Of a DNA stretch of 64,000 bases, positions 30,853 through 39,046 are shown one piece after another (the first letter of the stretch is position 1; the number at the start of each line of letters is the position of its first letter). The DNA comes from an uncultured Gemmatimonadales bacterium. Lineage in GTDB: Bacteria; Gemmatimonadota; Gemmatimonadetes; Longimicrobiales; RSA9. The stretch covers positions 480,001-544,000 of the forward strand of contig CAWCRS010000005.1 in the NCBI GenBank assembly GCA_963798085.1, given 5' to 3'. Position numbers and translations under genes: made by a program. Below the pieces are notes generated by a model. It was not told the origin of the DNA. It saw only the letters and a list, made by a program, of their open reading frames with translations, and ran no database searches.

Positions 30853-32919
30853 TTATTGGTGCGTCGCGGTCTTGCCGCCACCCCAGCGGCCGTACCAGCT
30901 CTCCATGTACAGCTGCGTGCGCATGAAATTCGACGGCTTCGAGCTGGTGCCGTGGAACTCGCCCTCGAACTGCAGCAGCTCGACGGGTACGTGGCGCATC
31001 TTCAGCGCGGCGTAGTACTCCTCGGTCTGCGGCATGGGCGTGCGCATGTCGAGCTGGCCGGTCATGAGCAGTGTGGGCGTCTTCACATTGCCCACGTACA
31101 TGAGCGACGAGTGATCCAGCCAGGGCTTCGGATCCACCCAGAACGGTTTGTCGAAGAAGTTGAACGTGAACAGCGTTACGTCGGTGTGCCCGGCAAAGCT
31201 GAGCCAGTCGATCACAGGGCAGCGCACGGCGGCGGCGGCAAAACGGTCGGTGTGACCGATGACCCAGCTGGAGAGCACGCCACCACCACTGCAGCCACCC
31301 ACGTACATGCGGCTCGGGTCGATGTAGCCGCGGTTGACAATGGTGTCGACACCCGCCATGAGATCCTGGTAGTCCACGCCGGGATAGTCACGCTCGATGG
31401 CATTGCCGAAAGCCGTGCCGTAGCCCGTGCTGCCGCGCGGGTTCACGAAGAGCACGACGTAGCCGTTGGCCGCGAAGTCCTGGTACATGTAGCTGAACGC
31501 GACATTGTACATGCCGTGCGGGCCGCCGTGAATCTCCATGATGAGCGGGTACTTGCGGGAGGCGTTGAAGTCCGGCGGCTTCACCACCCAGCCCTGCACG
31601 CGCGTGCCACCCGTCGACGTGTACCAGAACTCTTCCTGCTCGCCCAGATGGATGGGCGCCAGAACATCCGCGTTCACATCCGTGAGACGGCGGATGTCGG
31701 CCGGCCTGGCCAGCGTCAGGCGCACCACATCACCGGGCTCCTTCGGTCCGGCCAGCGTACCCACCGCGACGCCCGTCTTCGAGATGGTGCTGATCGCCAG
31801 CATCTGGTTGCCACTCGTGATCTGTCGGTGCCCCCCGCCCATGGGCGTGAAATGCAGGTTGGCGGTGCCCTTGTCCTCCACGCCGTAGTAGACGCCGCTG
31901 CCGTCCTGCGCCCAGATGATGTTGCCGACATCGCGATCCAGGTCGCCGGAAGCGAGATGCGGATTGGCGCCATCGATGCCCATGTAGTACAGGTCGTCGG
32001 TCTTGTAGCTCTTGCGCGTGGAGTCGTAGCCGGCGAACGCGATGGTGCGCCCATCGGGCGACACGACGGGGGCGGTCCAGGCGCCCGGACGCGTGGTCAG
32101 TCTGCGAATGGCGCCCGTCTCCACGTTCACGATGTGAATGGCCGAATTGCGATAGTTATAGTCCGCATCGGCCCCCAGATCGCCGTCGAACACAATGCTC
32201 TTGCCATCGGGTGTCCAGTCATAGCCCACGCCGCCCGGCAGTCCGTCGAAGCGCGCACCCACGCTGAAATCGCCGTGCGTGATCTGGCGCGCCGTGCCGC
32301 CTTCCGCCGGCACCATGAAGAGGTGCGTGCGTACCAGCTTCATGTAACCCACGCGGTCCTCGCGGTAGTGCAGTTCCGTCACGTGCCGCGGCGGGCCCGT
32401 CCACTTCGCGCCCGAAGGTGGCGACGGCATGCTGATGTTCCAGGGATTCTCGTAGGGCACGCTCATGCTGAAGGACAGCCATTTGCCATCGGGTGACCAG
32501 GCCAGGTCGCCGGGCGCTTCCGTGAGGTGCGTGACCTGCGACACTGCGCCTTCCGCGTCCATCCAGCGCACGAAGATCTGCGCCTTGCCATCGGCTTCAC
32601 CAATGTAGCCAATGCGTGTTCCGTCCGGTGACCAGCGCGGGCTGCCGCCGTCCACCAGGTAGCGCTGCCGCGAGCCGTCCGCATCCATGATCCAGAGCGC
32701 GGTCTGCCAGCGATCCTCCATCTTGTTGACGAAGCGCCGCGCATACACGATGCGCGTGCCATCGGGCGAGATCTGCGGGTCACCCACCTGCTCCCAGTCC
32801 AGGTAGTGCTGCACCGTGAGCAGCGTGTCGGACGGGATCTCCTGCGCCCGTGCACTGCTCGGCGCGCCTCCAGTGAACGTGAACGAAAGTGCAATGAATC
32901 CGGCAGTCAGCTTCTTCAT
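30853..32919 (-). CDS. S9 family (dipeptidyl/acylaminoacyl) peptidase
   Basis: SPDG propeller repeats; IHGGPH; NPRGSTGYG; GCSGGG nucleophile; D-x-R and GEFHG. Confidence 0.95.
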   Translation of the reverse strand: MKKLTAGFIALSFTFTGGAPSSARAQEIPSDTLLTVQHYLDWEQVGDPQISPDGTRIVYARRFVNKMEDRWQTALWIMDADGSRQRYLVDGGSPRWSPDGTRIGYIGEADGKAQIFVRWMDAEGAVSQVTHLTEAPGDLAWSPDGKWLSFSMSVPYENPWNISMPSPPSGAKWTGPPRHVTELHYREDRVGYMKLVRTHLFMVPAEGGTARQITHGDFSVGARFDGLPGGVGYDWTPDGKSIVFDGDLGADADYNYRNSAIHIVNVETGAIRRLTTRPGAWTAPVVSPDGRTIAFAGYDSTRKSYKTDDLYYMGIDGANPHLASGDLDRDVGNIIWAQDGSGVYYGVEDKGTANLHFTPMGGGHRQITSGNQMLAISTISKTGVAVGTLAGPKEPGDVVRLTLARPADIRRLTDVNADVLAPIHLGEQEEFWYTSTGGTRVQGWVVKPPDFNASRKYPLIMEIHGGPHGMYNVAFSYMYQDFAANGYVVLFVNPRGSTGYGTAFGNAIERDYPGVDYQDLMAGVDTIVNRGYIDPSRMYVGGCSGGGVLSSWVIGHTDRFAAAAVRCPVIDWLSFAGHTDVTLFTFNFFDKPFWVDPKPWLDHSSLMYVGNVKTPTLLMTGQLDMRTPMPQTEEYYAALKMRHVPVELLQFEGEFHGTSSKPSNFMRTQLYMESWYGRWGGGKTATHQ

Positions 32920-32977
32920 GATGTCCGCCTGTTGCTCGAAGGACATGGAGAATCGCAAGCGCTCCGGGTGTCGCTGT

Positions 32978-35161
32978 TCAGTTGCCCGGGTGATACTCGC
33001 GCTCGGTGTGCCCCTTCAGCTGCGAAGCGTAGAAATACACGGTGCGCAGATTGCCGCTGGCGTAGCGCTGCGCTTCATCGTTGAAGTGCGGCGAATCCGT
33101 GTGGCCGCTCTCGCCGCCCGCGGTGACAGCCCGCGCACGGATGCTGTCGCCGAATTCGATGACGGCGACGAAGCTGTTGCCGCTCGTGCCGTACCACTTC
33201 TTCGTGTTCGGGTATTGCCGCGCGCCGAACGATGCGAGCGAGCCCCACTGTGAGGAAGTGAAGGGCACGGGAATGCTCGCGCCCGCGTCATCGAAGTTCG
33301 ACGCAATGTCATCGTTGAGGCGCTGGAAGCGGTTGATCTCGCCCCACGCCGTCTTCCAGGTACCGAAATCGGCGGTGAGCTTGTCCGATGCCGCGGCCAG
33401 CGACTGCAGCAGCTCGTCCGCCGGTGCCTTGTGCGTGACATAGTCCTCGACAGACATGCCTGCCTGGCGGGCACCGCCACGCACCCGTCGCATGAGGTCC
33501 GTGCCCCAGTACACAGCCAGCGAAGTGGGCACAGAGGAAGCCGACCAGCGCAGATCCCAGGTGCGCAGCATCCCGATCTGCCCGGACAGTTTCGCGTGCA
33601 GCGGATTCGTTGCCGGCGTCTGGTCGAATGCCTTGAGCAGCGGCGGCACCAGCACGGCGAACTCGGTGAGGTAGCTGTCGAACGCGGCTGTCAGCAGGCC
33701 ATCCAGCGTGAAATCCTTGCGGTCCTTGAGCACGCGCACCGCGTGAATGCCGCGCGCGTTCTCGCTTCCCGTCTCGACGTACGCGGGAAAGTCCTTCTGT
33801 TTCGGGCTGTACGGACCCGCCGCGTTCCACGGCGAGTCGTTGGTATTGAACAGCCAGCCACTCTGCGGATTGTGCAGCATCGGGCTCTGGTCGACGGACA
33901 GGACGTCGTGCCAGTCCGTGGCCGGATTGCTGCCATCCACCGGCTTCGTCCAGTCGAAGGACGGGTCGCGCTGCGGAATGAAGTTGGCGTGGAAGTACGC
34001 GATCGTACCGTCGGCATCCGCATAGATCGTGTTATTGGAGGAATTCGTGTGCAGCTCCATGGACTTGCGGAAATCGGCGTAATTCTGCGACCTCGTGCGC
34101 GAGTACGACTGTGTCAGCGCCTTGAGCGGCTCGTTCATCAGGCGAGTGGCCACCCACTTGCCATCCAACTTGCGTACGACCGGTCCGTGCTGCGTGTAGT
34201 AGACCGTGAACGTCTTCTCGGCCATGCCGCTGCCCGACTTGTAGGGCACCTTGATGGTAGCGCTGGTGACCGGCAGGTCGCGGTTTCCATAGCGGTAGTA
34301 GAAGCGGTCGCCCTTCCTGGTGACGCTCTCCAGGTACTCGTCGATGGCGTCGACGTTGCTCGACGTGTGCATCCAGCCGACGCGCCGGTTGAAGCCCTGA
34401 TAGACGAAGAACTGGCCCCAGGTGACAGCGCCGTAGGCATCGAGCCCCTCGTCGCTCGACATCTGCAGTTCCGAGCGGAAGAAGAACGACGTGTGCGGAT
34501 TGATGAGCAGCAGCGCGTGGTGGTTCACGGTGTTCGAAGGCGCTATGGCGATCCCGTTGGAGCCCGTCGGCTCGCGCAACACGTCATCGTCAGCACCGCC
34601 GTTGCGTGGGGCCGAGACGTCGGTTCCGCCGCCGCCGTAGAAAGCCTGCAGCTGGCGCAGGTCCACACGCTCCATGTCGCCGCCAATGCTGCCCTCGCTG
34701 AAGGTCAGCGCCATCCACGGCTCGAAGTGTTTGATGACGCGCGGCTTCACATCGGGATGCCTGTACAGGTAGAAGTTCAGACCATCCGCCCACGCATCCA
34801 TCAGCGACTTGAGCCACGCCGGGCTGCTCGCGTACAGTGCCTTCATGGTGTCGGGATTGATGAACAGCTTCATGCGCAGGTCGCGCCAGATCTCGCCCTC
34901 GCCTTCCGCCTCCGCCAGCCGGCCCATGGCGTTGAGGAAATTCGTTTCCACGCGGTTGAAGTCGTCCTCCGCCTGCGCGTAGATCATGCCGAAGACCGCA
35001 TCGGCATCGGTCTTCCCGTGAACGTGGGCAATGCCCCAGTCGTCGCGCGTGATGCTGACGGCCTGCGCCTCTCTTTCCCAGCGCGCCGCGTCCTGTGCCT
35101 GGAGCGGGTGTGCGCCGAGCACTGCGCACGCCGTCACGATGCCGAGAACGATTGTCTTCAT
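32978..35161 (-). CDS. Penicillin acylase family (S45, Ntn-hydrolase)
   Basis: RDDWGIAHV, YAQAED, GSNG N-terminal nucleophile, LLINPH, GGESG...SPHF. Confidence 0.93.
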   Translation of the reverse strand: MKTIVLGIVTACAVLGAHPLQAQDAARWEREAQAVSITRDDWGIAHVHGKTDADAVFGMIYAQAEDDFNRVETNFLNAMGRLAEAEGEGEIWRDLRMKLFINPDTMKALYASSPAWLKSLMDAWADGLNFYLYRHPDVKPRVIKHFEPWMALTFSEGSIGGDMERVDLRQLQAFYGGGGTDVSAPRNGGADDDVLREPTGSNGIAIAPSNTVNHHALLLINPHTSFFFRSELQMSSDEGLDAYGAVTWGQFFVYQGFNRRVGWMHTSSNVDAIDEYLESVTRKGDRFYYRYGNRDLPVTSATIKVPYKSGSGMAEKTFTVYYTQHGPVVRKLDGKWVATRLMNEPLKALTQSYSRTRSQNYADFRKSMELHTNSSNNTIYADADGTIAYFHANFIPQRDPSFDWTKPVDGSNPATDWHDVLSVDQSPMLHNPQSGWLFNTNDSPWNAAGPYSPKQKDFPAYVETGSENARGIHAVRVLKDRKDFTLDGLLTAAFDSYLTEFAVLVPPLLKAFDQTPATNPLHAKLSGQIGMLRTWDLRWSASSVPTSLAVYWGTDLMRRVRGGARQAGMSVEDYVTHKAPADELLQSLAAASDKLTADFGTWKTAWGEINRFQRLNDDIASNFDDAGASIPVPFTSSQWGSLASFGARQYPNTKKWYGTSGNSFVAVIEFGDSIRARAVTAGGESGHTDSPHFNDEAQRYASGNLRTVYFYASQLKGHTEREYHPGN

Positions 35162-35236
35162 GGTTCTCTCTGCCGGGTGAGCGGAAGCGATCCGGGCGAT
35201 GGGTCGCCGAATTCCTGCGGTGTTGTGCCGCTGAAG

Positions 35237-35264
35237 AGCTGACGGTCGGATTCGAACCGACGAC
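35237..35264 (-). repeat. att-like copy of the tRNA-Thr 3' end
   Basis: agctgacggtcggattcgaaccgacgac is identical to 42984-43011. Confidence 0.92.
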
Positions 35265-35766
35265 TCGCCGTCTCCAAGCCCGTCAAGGTACGCGTGGAGA
35301 CAGGCACGCGCAATCCGTTGTCATCAAGCTAACTGCGCGACATGCAGCGGGTTGCGACCAGCTGGCCCGGGCCGAGCCCGCGCCCGATCGAGCTGTGGGG
35401 TCGCGCCGATCCGGCGACATGCGCCTGTCGTTCAACCAGCTCACCGCCTCTTGCGCCAAAATCGCGCGACACCCTATCCTACCGGTCCGGCAATCGCATC
35501 GCGGGCACCGTGCTTGTGCATGCCCCGAGTCAATCGTGACCCTGCGCGGGTTTCAGACCTGGCGCAAGGTCCGATGGGAGGTACCTGGGTAGGTCCCCAT
35601 GGAGGAGGAAATGCGTGTGTGTACCTGCAGCGTGCGTGTGCCTGCATCGTGTGTGTATGTGTGTGACGTTGACTGCTGTTCGGTTCTTCCCATTACCCCC
35701 CCCCAATCATCTTGCTTTGCGGCTCGGCCAGTCCGCGTGCTTTCGATCTGATCGAGGGGTCCAGGT

Positions 35767-36486
35767 ATGCGTCGAAATACGTCTGGCAGGAACAACAGCG
35801 CTCCGGTGGTCGCGCCTGCCACGCCGATCGCGCTTGTGCTCATTGACGACAACCGGCTGCTGCGTGAAGGAATCGTGGCGATGGTCCACACGCAGCCGGA
35901 TTTCAAGGTATTGGCCGCCTCCGCCGATGTGGACGAAGCCATACAGAAGGTCAGGGAAGCGAAGCCCGACGTCGTCCTTCTGGATTTCGGGCTCGATGAC
36001 CACGACAGCCTGAGCCTGACGGCGACGGTTCACACCGAGGTTCCTACCGCCCGGGTGATCGTCATGGGCCTGCTGCCGATTCAGGAGGAGGTCGCCGACT
36101 ACGTGCGGGCTGGAGCGTCCGGCTTCATCATGAAGGACGCGACCTTCGAGGAATTCTTCTCTACAATTCGCACGGTCGCGCGCGGTGGCGAGGTTCTGCC
36201 CAGCGAGCTGACCAACTCTCTGTTCGCGCAGATCGCTCGGAACGAGGCCGGAGGCGACAGGTCCCGCGTGCTGGAGGCGGTGCGTCTGACCAACCGGGAG
36301 CGGCAGGTGGTAGCCCTTCTCGGAGAGGGCCTCAGCAACAAGGAAATTGCGAACCGCATGCACGTTGCCGTTCACACTGTCAAGAGTCACGTGCACAACG
36401 TCCTGGAAAAGTTGTCGCTGCGCAGTCGCCTCGAGGTGGCGGCCTTCACCCACGCTTCCCAGCGAGGGGACGGCAGCCGCGATTAG
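35767..36486 (+). CDS. NarL/LuxR family response regulator
   Basis: LIDDN, PDVVLLD, GASGFIMKD; HTH LTNRERQV...GLSNKEIA...TVKSHVHN. Confidence 0.95.
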   Translation: MRRNTSGRNNSAPVVAPATPIALVLIDDNRLLREGIVAMVHTQPDFKVLAASADVDEAIQKVREAKPDVVLLDFGLDDHDSLSLTATVHTEVPTARVIVMGLLPIQEEVADYVRAGASGFIMKDATFEEFFSTIRTVARGGEVLPSELTNSLFAQIARNEAGGDRSRVLEAVRLTNRERQVVALLGEGLSNKEIANRMHVAVHTVKSHVHNVLEKLSLRSRLEVAAFTHASQRGDGSRD

Positions 36487-36687
36487 CGGCTCGAATGGCT
36501 CCTGCGCGGGGCGCCGGCCAATCAGCGGTGGGCACGCCCCGGCGACGCAGTCCTTCCCCATGGCCCCCCGCCTGATCCCCGGGACTAGCTCCAAATCTGC
36601 TCGTTTGATCAATGGGCTCAGCGCGCTGGCGGCAATAGCATTCATGCGTGGCGTCATCACGCTGCCAACCTCATGCAAGGAGCGTCC

Positions 36688-36924
36688 GTGCGTTCGCTTA
36701 TCGTCGCGGGGATCGTAATTGTCGTTATCGGCGTCCTGATGCTCATCCCGGGAGGAAGTTTCATCACGCGACGCAATGTGCTCAAGGTGGGCGAGATCAG
36801 GGTCACAGCCGATGAGCAGCGATCGATCCCGCCGTGGGCGGGAGGCGTGGTCATGCTGGTGGGAGTCGCGCTGATCGTGACGGGTGCGAGGCGGGTCATG
36901 AAAGAACGGCCAGCGGGGTCCTGA
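36688..36924 (+). CDS. Small two-TM membrane protein (DUF3185-like)
   Basis: AAGGAG upstream of GTG; TM-loop-IPPWAGG-TM. Confidence 0.65.
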   Translation: MRSLIVAGIVIVVIGVLMLIPGGSFITRRNVLKVGEIRVTADEQRSIPPWAGGVVMLVGVALIVTGARRVMKERPAGS

Positions 36925-36940
36925 GAATGAGGTTCTGGAG

Positions 36941-37531
36941 ATGAAAAACGAAATGGTGGTGGACGGTCGGCCGATGAGCCGGGGCTTCTTCCGGGGCTCG
37001 GTCTTCCTGCACCCGGAGCTGTGTTTCCAGTACCAGTTCCCGGACGGATGGAACACCTGGAACGGAGGCGATGCAGTAGTCGGACTGAATTCAGAGCAGG
37101 ATGCGATCATCAAGCTTGCCGTCACCCCGGCTGCACCGCCCGCTGCTGTACAGGCGTTCTTTGGTCAGCCCGGGATCGAGGCAGTGAACACCGCTGCCGA
37201 CAAGATCAATGGCTTGCCCGCGACGATCGGCGAGTTCGTAGCCGAAACCGGGCAGGGGACGGTACGCGGCATCGCGACCTTCATCGAATGCGGCGACGCC
37301 ACCTATCAGGTTACGGCAACTGCGCTCAGTGAAGAGTTCGCCAGATACAACTCCCTGCTTCGGAGGAGCATCGCCACCTTCGAGCCGCTGACCGATCACG
37401 CCACCCTCACCACACCCGTTCGGCGCGCCGGGACCAGGCCAAGGCGCGCAACTTCGCAGTCGAATAGTCCGTTCGAGCCCGGCCCTGATCCCATCGCAGG
37501 ATCGATTCCATGGCGAAGGCGTCGCCGATAG
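36941..37531 (+). pseudogene. Remnant of the C-terminal region of an M48-type metalloprotease
   Basis: RGFFRGSVFLHPEL.FQ..FPDGW...INGLPA...F.PLTD resembles the non-catalytic tail; no HExxH domain or signal peptide. Confidence 0.5.
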
Positions 37532-37629
37532 ACTTTGAACAAGGACTTCGTCTGGCCGTTCCCGGCCAGTGTGGTGATAGAACGGGCCGGGGCGCTTGTC
37601 GCCCCGGTTCGACCCCAACGGAGGTTCAC

Positions 37630-38121
37630 ATGTCGACTCAGAAGTTGTTCGCCGTCGCGCTTTCCATTGTCACGGCCGCTGGCTGTAACCCTTTCCACCA
37701 TAGTCAGGCGGTCGAGATGACCACGGTGGATGCAACACTCAACAGCCGCTGGCACGCGAATCTTGCCTCCCCAGCTACCCTCGCCGGGGTGGTGCAGATG
37801 AACGGCTCATCATCGATGGCCCCGGATCCGATCGGCGCCAGCACTGTCATTACCATCAACGTGGCCAACGCGTCGCCCGGTGGCGTCCATCCATGGGAAG
37901 TTCGTTCGGGCCAGTGCGGGTCTGGAATGGACTACGGCGTGTTTGGATCGAATGAGGCGTACACACCGCTCGAAGTGGAGTCCGACGGACACGCGGAAGG
38001 GACGGCCCGGGTTCCGCTGCGAACGCCAACGACCGGCAGCTACTTCGTCGTCGTGCATGCGTCGGCGGCGAACCCGGAACTGGTCGTCGCATGCGGCAAT
38101 CTCGCGCCGCCGACCCGCTGA
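37630..38121 (+). CDS. Lipoprotein with Cu/Zn-SOD-like or CHRD-like fold
   Basis: Lipobox AAGC; HPWEVRSGQC...VVVHAS...VACGNL. Confidence 0.65.
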   Translation: MSTQKLFAVALSIVTAAGCNPFHHSQAVEMTTVDATLNSRWHANLASPATLAGVVQMNGSSSMAPDPIGASTVITINVANASPGGVHPWEVRSGQCGSGMDYGVFGSNEAYTPLEVESDGHAEGTARVPLRTPTTGSYFVVVHASAANPELVVACGNLAPPTR

Positions 38122-38264
38122 CGCCCTTTCGACAAGCGGAGCCCGCTCGCTTCCCGGCTCACGGAAATTGCTACGCGTGCCGGGATGCGGCGGGCGGAGT
38201 CATGCGGATCAAGCTTACTGTCAGGATTACTGTTTGAAGGTCACTTGCCGGAAAGGATCCCATC

Positions 38265-38417
38265 ATGTTTATCGCGTTGGCCGTTGTTCTCGTGTTAGCC
38301 TGGCTCCTCGGATTCAGCGTTTTCCATTTGGCCGGAAGCATGATTCATCTCCTGCTGCTGGTCGCCGTGGTCGCCGTCGTGTGGCACTTCATTGGCGGCC
38401 GCAGGTCTGCCGTATGA
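38265..38417 (+). CDS. lmo0937/DUF5670-like 50-aa membrane protein (absent from the ORF track)
   Basis: AAAGGA RBS; MFIALAVVLVLAWLLGFSVFHLAGSMIHLLLLVAVVAVVWHFIGGRRSAV. Confidence 0.85.
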   Translation: MFIALAVVLVLAWLLGFSVFHLAGSMIHLLLLVAVVAVVWHFIGGRRSAV

Positions 38418-38645
38418 AGTCGCGGCCGCGGTCGCGTTGACGTCCGGTGCGGGCCGGGACGGCGCCATCGCGGCCGGGAATGCGGAAGTATGGGATCCGG
38501 ATTGGTGCTCCCCGGCTCTGGCGGTAGTCCTTCCGAGTTAATCCCAATTCAACCCGTTTGATCGATTGGCTGTCAAGGCGCTGTCCGATAGCGTTGTTGT
38601 GCCGATTCAGGGATGGCGCTTGACTCTCTCTTACTGAGGAACCCC

Positions 38646-39023
38646 ATGTCGAAACGACTTTCACTATCGATGCTCATGGCTGTCACCGCACTGGGCGTGA
38701 CCGGTCCCCTGCATGCCCAGGTCAGGAGCGCCGTCAGCGGTGCGGAGCTGGACGCGGCTGTCGCTGCACGGCCGGCCGCGAGCGCAGAGGCAGTCCGGAA
38801 ATTCCTTGCCACCGACCAGGCACAGGAAGCGGCGAGCCGGCTGGGGGTAAGCGCCTCTGAGCTGTCGTCGCGAGTCGCCAGCCTGGACCAGGCGTCCCTG
38901 AACCAGATCGCCGAGCGAACCGATTCGCGTGACAGGATTCTGGCCGGCGGCGCGGACACGATCGTCATCGGCACTACCACAGCCATCATCATCGTCCTGC
39001 TGATCATTCTCCTGGTTCGGTAG
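38646..39023 (+). CDS. PA2779-like exported protein with double-Gly motif and hydrophobic C-terminus
   Basis: GAGGA RBS; signal peptide; LGVS..EL..RVASL....L; LAGG followed by IIIVLLIILLVR. Confidence 0.75.
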   Translation: MSKRLSLSMLMAVTALGVTGPLHAQVRSAVSGAELDAAVAARPAASAEAVRKFLATDQAQEAASRLGVSASELSSRVASLDQASLNQIAERTDSRDRILAGGADTIVIGTTTAIIIVLLIILLVR

Positions 39024-39046
39024 AGGCGCCGCGGCGACGGGGACCG

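Noticed and set aside
30673..35242. Long antisense ORFs (607 aa, 603 aa and similar throughout the window)
   Set aside because: Shadows of high-GC coding genes on the opposite strand, with no motifs.
35237..35280. Second tRNA gene
   Set aside because: Only the T-arm and 3' acceptor strand are present; interpreted as an att site.
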